Source of the DNA: Botryllus schlosseri
Lineage: Eukaryota
Assembly (NCBI GenBank): GCA_051294905.1
Contig: CM119371.1
Location: 11,348,001-11,412,000, forward strand
DNA length: 64,000 nt
Direction of reading: 5' to 3'
Shown: positions 22,901 through 34,268 of the stretch, in pieces
Layout of the letters: each line of letters begins with the position of its first letter
How positions within the stretch are numbered: the stretch's first letter is position 1
Made by a program: the position numbers and the translations under genes
Notes under the pieces: generated by a model
Seen by the model: the letters and a program-made list of their open reading frames with translations, nothing else
Databases searched by the model: none
What the model was told of the DNA's origin: nothing

Positions 22901-25900
22901 GGCCGAAATTGTGAAAATCCGGCCGGATATCCAATCCGGCTCCGGTCCATGCTCCGCACTAGTAAGTATCTTTATAGTACCGCCGTTAAAATGTAGGTGT
23001 GTAGCGCAACGTTTTATTAGCCGAATACTGGAGAAGTCGATCAATATTTAGATATTCGCAATCAGTGCGACAATTGCACTTGAATGATATCAGTGATTAC
23101 AATTCTAAGCTATTTACGATGAGTTGCGCTGTCACAGGTGGTGCTTGGCCCGGCTGTGCTTCACCTGTGCCTTAACTCTCCTTTGGCACTTTATTTTCGC
23201 ACAATAACTTTTTAAAATTGCTTGATTTTCGGAGCAAACATGTTCAAAATCTACTTATTCATAAAAGTCGATAGAAAATACCAATAATCATTGAAGGTTT
23301 CAATGCATGAACTGCTGTAGTGACCATGTTTGGCTCCACATAGGCATGTGAGCAGAGAAAATATGCTGCATACTACGAATTCCATGTAATAGTGCTACCA
23401 ATACGTCACAAATTTTCAATTGTGACGTAACAGTCGATTGACATTTATGGCTCTCTGGGAGTCACATTTGACAATATTTGGTCAATATGGCTCTTCGGTC
23501 TAAAAAGGTTCCCGACCACTGACATATAGGATATATAGATGTCTATGTCCAGCAGAACTCAAGATATATCCTTGTATGACGGGTATTCACCCATGCGTTT
23601 GATGCTAGTCTGCAAGAATTCTCCTTCCCGGTTTTCAGAAGCGACCTTGGACGGCTTTAGACATAACTAATATCCCTCATTTAACATAAATATCAAGTAA
23701 TTGGCTATAATAATTCATGGATAAGAAAAACAACGTCGTATAATATTTTTAGCATATTTACAGGTCAATCAGAACCGCAAGAAGGCCAACTTGTATCCGC
23801 AGTTGGGAATCACTGACTTTGAAATTGCTACTTCTACTTGTAATTGACTGAAGATCCGAGTTCTATATCTACCTGAGTAGCAACGCTTACTATTGGAGCA
23901 ACTCTGGACATGCCAACACGTAATATGTTAAACACTGAAGGGCAGATACATGTGATATTATGAGATCCATCCTATATATAACGCTACGAATTAATTAAAA
24001 TAAATCCCGAGCGTCATGCCTGAAGTCGGAAACAGGGCGCATTGGCCTGGTGTGACTATCCCAAATACTATATCGTTACAGGCGGGGCGTATCTCGTTTC
24101 ACAATAGTTTTTACGTAGAGGATACCGAGTCAGAAATAGGTCATGTCCGTAAACTTACTGATGTTTTGATTTCCCAAGTACCATAGTTATCGATACCTAA
24201 GACTCGCGTTCAAATAACAGAAGAATGGAGATTTGAACGTGATTTTGGTTTGGTCACAATGTATCATGTTTTACAATTGATATATTGGTTGAGTCCGTAT
24301 TTTTCTAGTAATTTCGCAAGTAACCCGTTTATGTCCCACTACTGAATGTATGTGACACCTCAGACCATTTTATATTTTTCAAATTTACTCTCTTGAGTAA
24401 TTTTCAGACCCTACTACGTTTTCTCCTTCTAGAAATATTTGGGGAATATATTGGGAATCACTTCTTCCACCCTTATTTAGTGGGAATAAATGTCACTATT
24501 TATTCTCACACTTCTGCGAGAGTATAATATGGACTACCTTTGCCCCTCTTGTGATATACGTTCGTTAGTTTGTTCATTTTATCATATATGCGTCACAATT
24601 GCAAATAATTTGAACGTTTTCAGTTTGGTCAACCACTACTCATACTTTTGCTACACAACCGGGACAGTCGAAATACAATATGAACTTATTCTTAATTTCA
24701 ATATTCTCTATGAGATGCATGAATAAGTAAATTTCATAAATAATGAGCGTGCAATGATTTTGAAGATGACGTAGTTCACTTCACAAGTTCTTCACTAACC
24801 TCTTTGACAGCTGCAGCCAACACTTACCTAATACACATTATTATGATGACTGCTACGAAAATCAGCAGCAGCAGGCTTGCTGTAGATCCAACGATAATAA
24901 TTATATCTCCGACGGATCGCGGGTCCGCGTCTAAAAGGAATGAATAGACGTCAGATTCGTCTAAATTTTACGGGTGAAAACCCGTCTCGGGCAGTCAGAG
25001 GTGGTCAGTAACGAAGTACTTCTACTTTTTGAAAGTACAAAAGTAGTTTTCATCTACTTCTGGTACTTACTCAAGTAGATCTGATTTTCTCTACTTCTAC
25101 TTCTACTTCGTAAAAGTTTGTGATATACTTACTTACTTTTCGCTATTTTCAGTTTGTCAAGTAGAAGTAGTTTAATCCCCCAATATGAAAGATAGCCTGA
25201 GGAATTTCGGGGCTGTTTTCACGGAGTATCAACATTCAATTTTCATAAAAGTCAAGTAAATCCCAGAAATTTTGTTGTGCTTCGCGCATAGTAGTGGTGG
25301 GGTGACATATATGTTTTCATGAAAGTATCAGTGAATATAATTCAGGTACCGGATTGCTTAGTTCCTCTCGCACCTCATTGTCGCCCATATCAAATATTTC
25401 ATCACAGTAAATATGGCCCATCATAACGTTTGAAACTACCGATTCGCAATCGAGCAGTTACCAATCACATCGTAATCTAGCAGCATATTACGTCTCTTGC
25501 TAATCTGGAAAATCCAGCTTTTTTAACATACACCTGTTTCGGCAGATCACCTTTGAAGCTTTATGGACAAAATACATGAAATATATTTTCTGCTTTTTAG
25601 AAGTGGTATTTGTATTTCACTTTTAATTGCGAGTATCATATTTTGAGTTCTAATTATTTTCAGTTCTTTTGTCTGCAGAACATACATGTTGAAGCTTAAA
25701 AGCAACTGTAGCAATGCCTCTATTTTCCGAAAATAAAGGTACACTAAATATAACTTTTACGATCCACAATATTTGTTATTTACGTATACTAATCGCGAAA
25801 AGTGATGAAACCGTATCCGATACAACTTCAACGTATTGCTCTTCGCCTGAACTTGGGGCCTTATAATATGGGGTAGGGTGCCATATCTAACGGGGTCTTC

Positions 25901-28900
25901 TAGTAAACAAAGGGTTAGTATTGCATTCTCATATCAATACTATAATTTTCATCCCATGGCGCGAAACAATGCTTATGCTGTCGAAAATTGATACCTCCTG
26001 GAATGCATCAATACGAATCAAGCTCTTTGCACCTGCCGCATAGCTCAATTCGCAGCTTTTGACAGTCCATGCGAACGAATTAACCCTTTTAATGGGGGGG
26101 GTCACTGGTGACCCAAGTTCAAGTTCATCCCGCAATTTCTCCAGAGATATATGTCGTAGCGGACTGCTTTTGGTTTCTATGAAAAGCCTGCTATCTTCTG
26201 ATTAATATGATACCTAATTTGAAGGTACAGGGCATGAAAATTTTCGAATACCGACGATCTTACATGAAGAGTTCGGCTGAAAATACCCATACCTAAAATT
26301 TCCAGATATTTTCCGAGTGGAAAATATAGTCAGAAATTCTGCCAGAACATAGGAAGTCGACTTGTACGGTATTCTGTGTGATTTATCACCGTTTGGAACA
26401 TCAAACCTTGTTCTGGGGCGTTTTCTGAGGGGGTTTGGTAATTGTGGTCACGCTTCGGTGATTTTCAAGAACATAGCCAAGTTCAAGACGGAAAATGAGT
26501 CATAAACTGGTTTACTATGCCTGCAAATAGTGGGATATGACAAGAGAAAGTATACCACGTTGTTTTATGCCATTAACCGGGTGGTAGGGGTCCGATTCGG
26601 TATTGATCTTGAACTTGACCATTATGACCACTCACTGACCACGCCCATATGTAAATTTTTCATGTAATATTGATTTTTCGATGTCTGGCGAGCCGCGCGG
26701 TTTACGGTCATGGTTGACGGCTTGTTTGAAACCAGGCAACGGTGGCTACGCACTGAGGCATCATTTTTGACTCTCTGACGCCATCCTGGGGGCCAGAGGG
26801 GAGAAATGAGAGAGAGAAAGAGATTTTTCAGAGAAAAAGTTTGTATATTTAGTCGTATAAAGAACCCTAGACATGGCATGGGGTGTCGATCGAGGGTGGA
26901 AACGGTAGACGGCTATACTCCGGCCACTTTTAAACTGGAATAACTCAGATTAAGGTCTTGGTGAGGTCACGGTATGAATTTGAAAAGTGATGGTCAGTTC
27001 TGCAAAATCGGACCCCCCATTAAAAGGGTTAAGACTGTTTTCAAAACTACTTACTTACTTAAAAGTAGATTTAAAGTCAGTCAATTTTACTTCTACTTCA
27101 AGTAGTTTTAGGTGGCTTATTGAAGAAGTACTTCTACTCGTATTTGAGTAGATTTTTTCGTCGCTACTTCTACTTCTACTTGAGTAGTTTTCTTGACTAC
27201 TTTGACCACCTCTGCGGGCAGTTGATCTGCGGTATGTTCGATTGTGCCGATAAAATCTACTCGACGGCCTTACAGAAATATATATCTAAATGTACGAGAA
27301 TCAGCGGAGTGATGCTTCGTACAATCTCTTTCATTTTCCGATCGCGTCACCCTAACTCTATATTACAGATGCCTATGTCGGCGGTGTCAAACAAAACTAT
27401 TCGTGGCCTATATACTTGTCAATTTTTTGACAAGGTCGGATATTTTTAAACGAATATTTCCATGATCAATTATTATCACACAAAATTTGGACATCGTCAC
27501 AGTGAAATAAATTAGCGAGCAATAATGATTATTTTAATCGAATAATATATTCATATTTAAATAACCACGAATATTTTTGCTGACGCACGTCAAGGGTAAT
27601 CGTCAAGAACTAGTAGAGATTTCAAATGAACTAGCGTAAAAATTTCGAAGAATATTGCAGCGATGTCATACTTGGTGAAGGATACAGCTATTAATATGAG
27701 AAGCTTTTTCGAAATCTCTATTATAGTTTCTGACGATTACCAGTGACAAGAGTCGCCCAAAAATATTTTAGATAATCCTAATCATTTTACTTGAAAAATT
27801 TTAATGGAAACATGAAAATCGCCAACCATCACAGTTGCATATTATTTTAGAGGTAAATTTGTAGTATTGCTGTAGTCGGACTTCGAGTCGGAGTCTGCGA
27901 AGAAAACAATGGGCCTAGAGGGCTGGAGTCGCAGTCCGTGCGTTCAACGTTTCCCGATTCGTAGCTGAAGTTTGAGTCAATGATAAATCCTCATCGTCGC
28001 TTAGGACTATGTAAAATCATTTCGATTAGTTGAATGAATCACTAAAACGTTTCATGAGACGAAGTGAAATCCCCTGCCAACTTAAGTATAAGCATGAATG
28101 CAAATTAATTTCTAAAAATAGTCACACAAACCTATCAACTGCGTCGTGTTGAAGCCGGTTGGGGCATGATTTGTATCGGTCCGTGCTGAGGCCACACGAA
28201 TGCTACTATTGTGATATCCAGGCGGAATAGATTTTCTGGTCGTGAAAGTAAAAGACGCTGAAAGAAAATGAAATATTGACCAATTTGGTGAAGTCAATCA
28301 GTCATATTAAAAATTGGAAATGCTCTAGTATGGAATTGGAATGAACTGTGAATGATATCAACCAATGCCCAAACATTCTAAACCCTTCTCTGAGCAATTA
28401 AAAGTTTCTGCAGGTATTTTCTTATGGGCATCTGTTCATCCGTGTTCACTGTCGATATGTCATATCCATAGTCCGAGGTAGTGGTTGCAACCTCCTTGCT
28501 GACCGATGTCAAGACAATAATTCTTACCTAACTGCAATAGATTTATCTTCCAGACTCCTCCTCCATCTGATCCGCGTTATCGGTGTCTTGATGAAATCAA
28601 GAACGAAAATCGAAAGAAAGCCGCTCTAACGAACTTCCAATCATGCGAATCAAAATACAAAATATCTTCCCGGTGTAAAATGACCAACGTAGTCGAAACA
28701 CCGTTGATATTGATAACAAAACATCTCAACAAGCTCAGAGGTGGTCAAAGTAGTCAGTGTTGGTAGTTGGTTGGTACTCAAGAACATGACGAAGTGACGC
28801 AGTCATTTATCCTCAATTAAAAGTGAAAATATAGATTTCCAAGCCACGCAGAGATTTTGTTGTCTGATAAATACACTACTTGAGAAAGCTGTTTCAAAAA

Positions 28901-31750
28901 GTAGTTTTGGCGAAAGATCGCGTAGTTTTAACAGGCATCAACGAACGCAAAGTGGCTTATAACCCTAGAATTAGCTGCAGTTCTCGAAAATATATTCAGT
29001 TACTGTGATACAGGTGTTATTTACCCGAATGATATGATATAACAAGGACAAAACCCTACCCCAAAACTATTTTGTTACTTTAAAAATTCTAAAGTGCGAA
29101 AGGTAAGAGGTTTTTACCTGATGCCATGCTAAGTACATGTTACATTATGGCGTGAAGACATTACCATTTAGTACAAAAGTATGTGCACTACTATTGAAAA
29201 CTCAAGAAAGTAGAAGTACTTCGTTACTGGCCACCACTGTGAATAGAAAAACATAAAATACTTCCGCTGATAAGAAAACAATCGGGCAGACCTAATTTAG
29301 TTATACCTAGTGTTGCATTGGTCGTCGATGTTGTCGTCAATGGCGTAGTAATGGTAGTGGTAGTAGAAGTATTCGGAGGACGAAGAGTCGTAGTAGTAGT
29401 AGTAGTAGTCGGAGGAGGACGAGTATCCTCTTCGTCTATCAAAAAATAGGTACGTTTTGTCGAAAGTATATTGGGCTGACTAGGCCATTTCAACGACGCT
29501 GACTAATTCCCATTTGATATATTGATTCATTTAGTGAAAATCCGGTACGGATCAGGAACAGTGTCATAAAGTTTTTCAATCATTAGATATGTATATATCC
29601 AAACTCTTTCAGTTACCATTTTTAAGATGGATACTATTCATCTTCAGGCAAACCTGGGATGAAACACGATGTGCAGTCCTGTCACAGTGACAAAATATAC
29701 AGCCGTAACTACTAATACTTCCAAAGAATGTGGACATTTAGATTAATTTTTCCATTGAAATTCATCGAAGTTTGGAGAGCATCGTTTTATTAAGTGGAGC
29801 GACAAAATCTACCTTATACTGTTACTTTATAGCAGTAGTTCTTGAACCTTGTAGAGCGCCACCCAAATCTGAGTTTTTATGACATTTTGCGAACCAAGCC
29901 TCACGCATTGCGATAAATGCATTTGTATGTTAGTATGATACGTCCTTACGGGTATGCAGGAAATAGAGAAGGTGGAGACAACCAATTGTACGCAACGCAG
30001 TTCTTTGAAATTTTATTCATTACGAAAAGTCATTGATTTAGCGATGTTGATGTCACAAGATATTTATCCTACATATTAATATTTATGGACGACTGTGTTG
30101 TGTTGGGCTCTATGAGTATACCAATGTTTTCAGACCTTTTCTGTTAACGAACTCATTGCAGGGAATTAATTCGTAAGCTAAGGTCTCCAGCATTATTTTC
30201 AACTTGGGAGCAATTTGACACAATCAAGCATTGAAACGCATATCTATTTGTGAATCACAAACACATGCACACACACACGTGGTCATTGCGTAGTGAACGA
30301 AGTTTGGTATCACTCGATTCACGAACGAGCCGAAGTAGGTATATGCCAAAATACAATCCACGAAGTAGGCCTACAATTATTTTTAGTGCTATCTCAGCCC
30401 ACCTCATCTGATATACCGGTGCATATAATATAGGTGGTGTCTTCGTAAACTTAGGGCACCTAATTACACACCTGAATTGATTAATGTTCATACGTAATCA
30501 CTCTTGTGAGCGTGGCGCTTATGGGTGGTAGTATACGAAACAAAATGCACTGCGAAATTTATAATTCACGCACAGTCGATCGCGCCAAGCGCGGAGAACC
30601 ATTTTTGTTGCAAGAAATTCAGCAAATATCACATACATATTGAGTGTGGCGAGACAGCGTAGTGGTATAATCCACAGCTACAACACCAATGGATAGTGAA
30701 TTCGAGTCCGACCGAGGTCGACTACAGAATTCCTACCTAAATGTTGGAGGTTTAGGCCCCTCCTCGCCAACTCATCAGCGGAAGCAGTGTCTTACAAAAT
30801 CGTAGAAGTGGGGCATGCTACAAGTCGGCAGTTACTTAATCAAAAATAAGGAATATCGGAAATGGTGTAAATGACCAGAGTTGACAAACACCATGAATAC
30901 CATAAACAACAACAGCATACATATTAAACGATCGCTCTGATGTAAAAAATCTGGTAGATTTACAAAAATGTCTCTGTAAATTTTACAACGAATTACAGGT
31001 GGCAGCCAATAACTGCGCGTAGCTTATAATTTAACATATTAATGTGTATTATTACCTTAATTTAGCTGTAAAGTCAATTTACCAAAATTTGTTCGCAAAA
31101 TTACTGACAGTTACTCGTTATTGCAGAGTACCAGGCAACTAGCAAAATTGAATAGCTTCCAAATCCCTGCAGCCAACGTATATATGCAACTGAATGTTAC
31201 TATGATATCATTCTCGTGGTGATTTGACCTGATTCAACGACGTTCGCGAAACGGGTAGGAAAAATGGAACTGTGTGACCCTAGTCCCTCCGTAGTACCAT
31301 TTTTAATGTAGTGCATAATAGGATACAAGATACAACTGACAACCGCAGCTAATGAGGTTGCACCATAGTCATTATAAGGCTATGCATAATTGACTATACC
31401 ATCGAATGTGACTATGGAACGGAAACTCCCGTTTTCACATGGTTAGGTCACGCTTGACTAATTCTAGCGCTTTTGGTCAATCGCAACAACTTGCCGAAGG
31501 TGTGATGACATGCGAAATTACTACCCTAACAGTACCATAGACTGCATTCAGCCAAGGTGCAGGGTATACCGACTTGCTAGCCAAACCAGGAGCGTCTTGA
31601 TGTTGCACCATGATTTTCCATTTTGAAAATTTCCGTTTCACTTCTCGCAATAAAGATGGTTATATTATTACGTGCATGTATAGCTAGATAAAGTGAAATC
31701 TTATTACCGATTACTAAAAACTAGTACTTACCAGATTGCGAATTTCCCAT
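19911..31750 (-). CDS. Spliced gene for an approximately 211-aa signal-less single-pass mucin-stalk membrane protein with a Tyr-motif tail; exons 31750-31732, 29435-29307, 28257-28132, 24930-24828, 20169-19911
   Basis: All introns are GT-AG and the phases 1,1,1,2 join in frame: MGNSQS / DEEDTRPPPTTTTTTTTLRPPNTS...NATL / ASFTFTTRK...NTTQLI / DADPRSVGDIIIIVGSTASLLLLIFVAVIIIMCI / RNGRNKDRK...ENEIYEM...STYTF...ENILYGTR*. An in-frame TAA lies two codons before the ATG. Confidence 0.75.
20278..21102. mobile_element. hAT-type MITE
   Basis: CAGGGGTGG...TCCCCTG ends. Absent from the paralogous site near 15290. A shorter relative lies at about 50086-50300. Confidence 0.7.
22312..23521. mobile_element. 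hAT MITE with a nested CCGG-rich MITE (22596-22961)
   Basis: CAGTGGTCG...CGACCACTG ends with TSD ACATAGAG/ACATATAG. The inner element has TAGTGCGGAGC...GCTCCGCACTA ends. Confidence 0.8.
24404..24428 (-). CDS. Candidate alternative terminal exon giving a short polybasic tail (R)RRKRSRV*
   Basis: TTTCTAG acceptor about 400 bp after the TM exon; phase 2 is compatible. Confidence 0.45.
24996..27214. mobile_element. Non-autonomous hAT element with AGTAG/CTACT-rich subtermini
   Basis: CAGAGGTGGTCA TIRs and perfect 8-bp TSD CGGGCAGT. A shorter relative in opposite orientation lies at 28736-29239. Confidence 0.9.
26084..27028. mobile_element. Non-autonomous piggyBac-like element
   Basis: TTAA on both sides. 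TIR CCCTTTTAATGGGGGG. Confidence 0.85.
27570..27778. mobile_element. Small palindromic MITE
   Basis: Imperfect inverted arms GTAATCGTCAAGAACTAG and TAGTTTCTGACGATTAC. A related arm lies at about 54350-54410. Confidence 0.55.
30642..30915 (+). mobile_element. Full-length tRNA-derived SINE (family 1)
   Basis: A-box-like TGGCGAGACAGCGTAGTGG, B-box-like ATTCGAGTCC, (AAC)n tail and 10-bp TSD CATACATATT. Confidence 0.85.
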
Positions 31751-31873
31751 TTCTTAGTCAACCAGTTGTATACCTTTGTAAATTGTAATGCTATAACTTA
31801 TTGCTCTGCATCAGTTATGCACCAGATGCCTAATGCCTTATTCTGTTTAATATTGGAGCATAGGCTTATATAT

Positions 31874-32196
31874 TAGGGTTACCACACGTCCTCCTTTTGG
31901 AGGATTTGTCATATTTTTCAGGTTTTTAAAAATGTCTTCCGCCTAAATGTCCTCCTTTTGGGCAATTCATCCTCCTTTCTGGCTTTTAGAGCTAAGATAG
32001 TGGATAGATTCGAGTGAAAATGGGCATATATCGCGCTAAATAGGGAATTCGAGGTTCGAACGATAGTGACGACGATTTTCTTTTTTTTTCCCAGTCAACC
32101 AACCATAATATCATGGAAAATTTACCAATTTATCCGGATTTTACTCCAGTATTATAAGTTTGGATATTTTCCCGATTCCAAAATATGGTAACCCTA
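31874..32196. mobile_element. hAT-type MITE (TAGGGTTACCA ends)
   Basis: TIR TAGGGTTACCA with flanking direct repeat CTTATATAT. Same end type as 62116-63035. Confidence 0.8.
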
Positions 32197-32254
32197 CTTA
32201 TATATTAAACGGCCACCTGGGTGAAAATCAGATGTTCGACCTTTTTGTGATAAC

Positions 32255-33037
32255 TAGGGATCTTTTTTTTAACATGACAAAAAAAGTCAAAATTTGGCCA
32301 AAACTGTAGATTTTGCACTGTCGATGACCTTATCATTTGACATTCTGCAGCTTGTAGCCTACTTTAGGCCTACCGTTGTAGACGGCTCATTGTCTGCTCA
32401 TTGTGAATCATAAACATTCAAATAAAACAAAAGGTTGACATGGTGTTATGCTCAACTTTCTTAAAAATCCGAACTGAAGCGAAACTGCGTGGGCATTGGT
32501 TCTTATATCAACAAGCGCATGATGAAAGATTGAGATGTAGACACCATTGTTAAAATGAAGCAACACGGTGTGTCACCAGCAGTGTACGCGCAACTTCAGT
32601 GCCGTCAGCCAACAACTGCTGCAGTTGAACGTTCTTTCTCTATTCTTGGCAAGCTACTTAGTAAGGACAAACACTTTCTACCCGAAAATGTAGGCAAGTA
32701 TCTTTCGTTGTACTACAATTTTTTAAAATTATTTCTACCACGATGCGTAATGTAACTGCTGGAATTATTCATAGGGCCAGATCCCGTTATAATGGAGTTT
32801 TTCATGTAAACATTTGTCAGTTTTTAGGCAAAAATTTTATTCAGGCCAAACTACTTCGTAAGGACAAACAGTTCCAACCAGAAATTAAGATAAGTAGTAC
32901 AATTCTAACATTATGCGGGAAAACACCCAATTTGAATACGTTAGGTCAAATTTGGTCAAAATTTAAAAAATTAAGATCAAAAGATGTCAAGATTTTGATT
33001 TTACAGGTCAAACTCCTTCGTCAAAACCATCCCTCTA
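32255..33037 (+). mobile_element. Deleted hAT element with a C-terminal dimerisation-domain remnant
   Basis: ORF remnant CRQPTTAAVERSFSILGKLL. Inverted homolog of 38902-39757. Confidence 0.8.
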
Positions 33038-33417
33038 ATGATAAAAAGTTTTAGTTTTATACGCATTCCAATCGGTGAATGCGAGTCAAATGCATCAACT
33101 CCAAAGGATATATATGCCATCGGAGTAGCGCGTCCCATTTACGTGTGCTACCGTCTTGTGACTTCTGGGTGCAACATGAGAGCAGTACGTATCCCAGCCA
33201 TGAAATATAGGCCATATTCGTAGGAATAGATGTATGTGACTCGTTTTCACGGACTGGAATGGGCGTGAAAGCAACGTAATTTCAACAGAAGGTGGCGTTT
33301 ACCAGTCTTGCACCTTACGATGTGGTGGAAAGCGGGAAATTCCATTGTTTTATTTAACAATGATGGCTATGCATGCGATGCCTGGCTATCTGCGATTACT
33401 GGAGAAAACCACTGAGG

Positions 33418-34268
33418 TAGCGGTTCTCAACCGGGGGTCCGCGAAGCATTTTCAGGGGGTCCACGAAGCCTCAAAATAGTTGATAACCTAATTTGTATTA
33501 CATTGAATTCGAAAAATCACGAGGCGGGTTCGCTTCATTACTAGTAAAACTCCAGAGCTCACATCAACAGAATGGTCACCTGAGATGAAATATCCTACCG
33601 TGCAGACTCATCTTAATTGTGACATTGCCAAGGTAGGCTACTGATATAAACATTTTGCTGTTTAGAGATGTTTTGTTGGGGATTGTTGAAAAAATGTTTG
33701 GATGAGTAAGGTCAATCACGGTGACTTTGAAATGTTTACAAAAATCCATTCTCTCCTGTGATATTCACAACCATTTTCCATAATAACTTCAAGATAATCT
33801 GCTCGAGCTAGTTAGAAATGAACAGGCTTGACGTTATATGTTCATAAAAAAAATGTTTGTCAATTTTGGTGCGCTATTTGATCCGATCATACCCGAACAT
33901 GAAGCCGGAAGCGACACCTGTTATTCGCCACCACCTATATTGTGAAAATAGATTTTCGGCACTCGTTCATATCAAATTGAAGACGTGAATTTTCAAGACA
34001 CAGCCACGTATTTCAAGAAATGCAGTTGCAGAATTCGCTTCGAAATAACAGAGGTCAACCTAATTTTTACATTAATAGTATGATATTATTTTCAAGAAAA
34101 TTTTATTTGATGCTCTCATTATCACTAAGCCTACAGTTATCATTTGCACAAGACAGATGACGATTGCACGATAATTGAGCTAAATTTGAGCTAAAACTTC
34201 GTGGGCGTCCGTGGGGTCCGTGACGGTGCGAAAGGGGTCCACGAAGACAAAAGGGTTGAGAAGCACTG
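33418..34268. mobile_element. hAT (Charlie-like) non-autonomous element
   Basis: TAGCGGTTCTCAACC...GGTTGAGAAGCACTG ends with TSD CACTGAGG/CACTAAGG. Confidence 0.8.

Noticed and set aside
29654..29678. 25-nt AG/GT-bounded micro-exon in the membrane-protein gene
   Set aside because: It is not a multiple of 3, would shift the downstream frame, and has a weak donor.
30642..30725. tRNA gene (also at about 61310-61384 and other SINE heads)
   Set aside because: A/B boxes are present but there is no complete cloverleaf. Each continues into a SINE body, with a tail and TSD in the intact copies.
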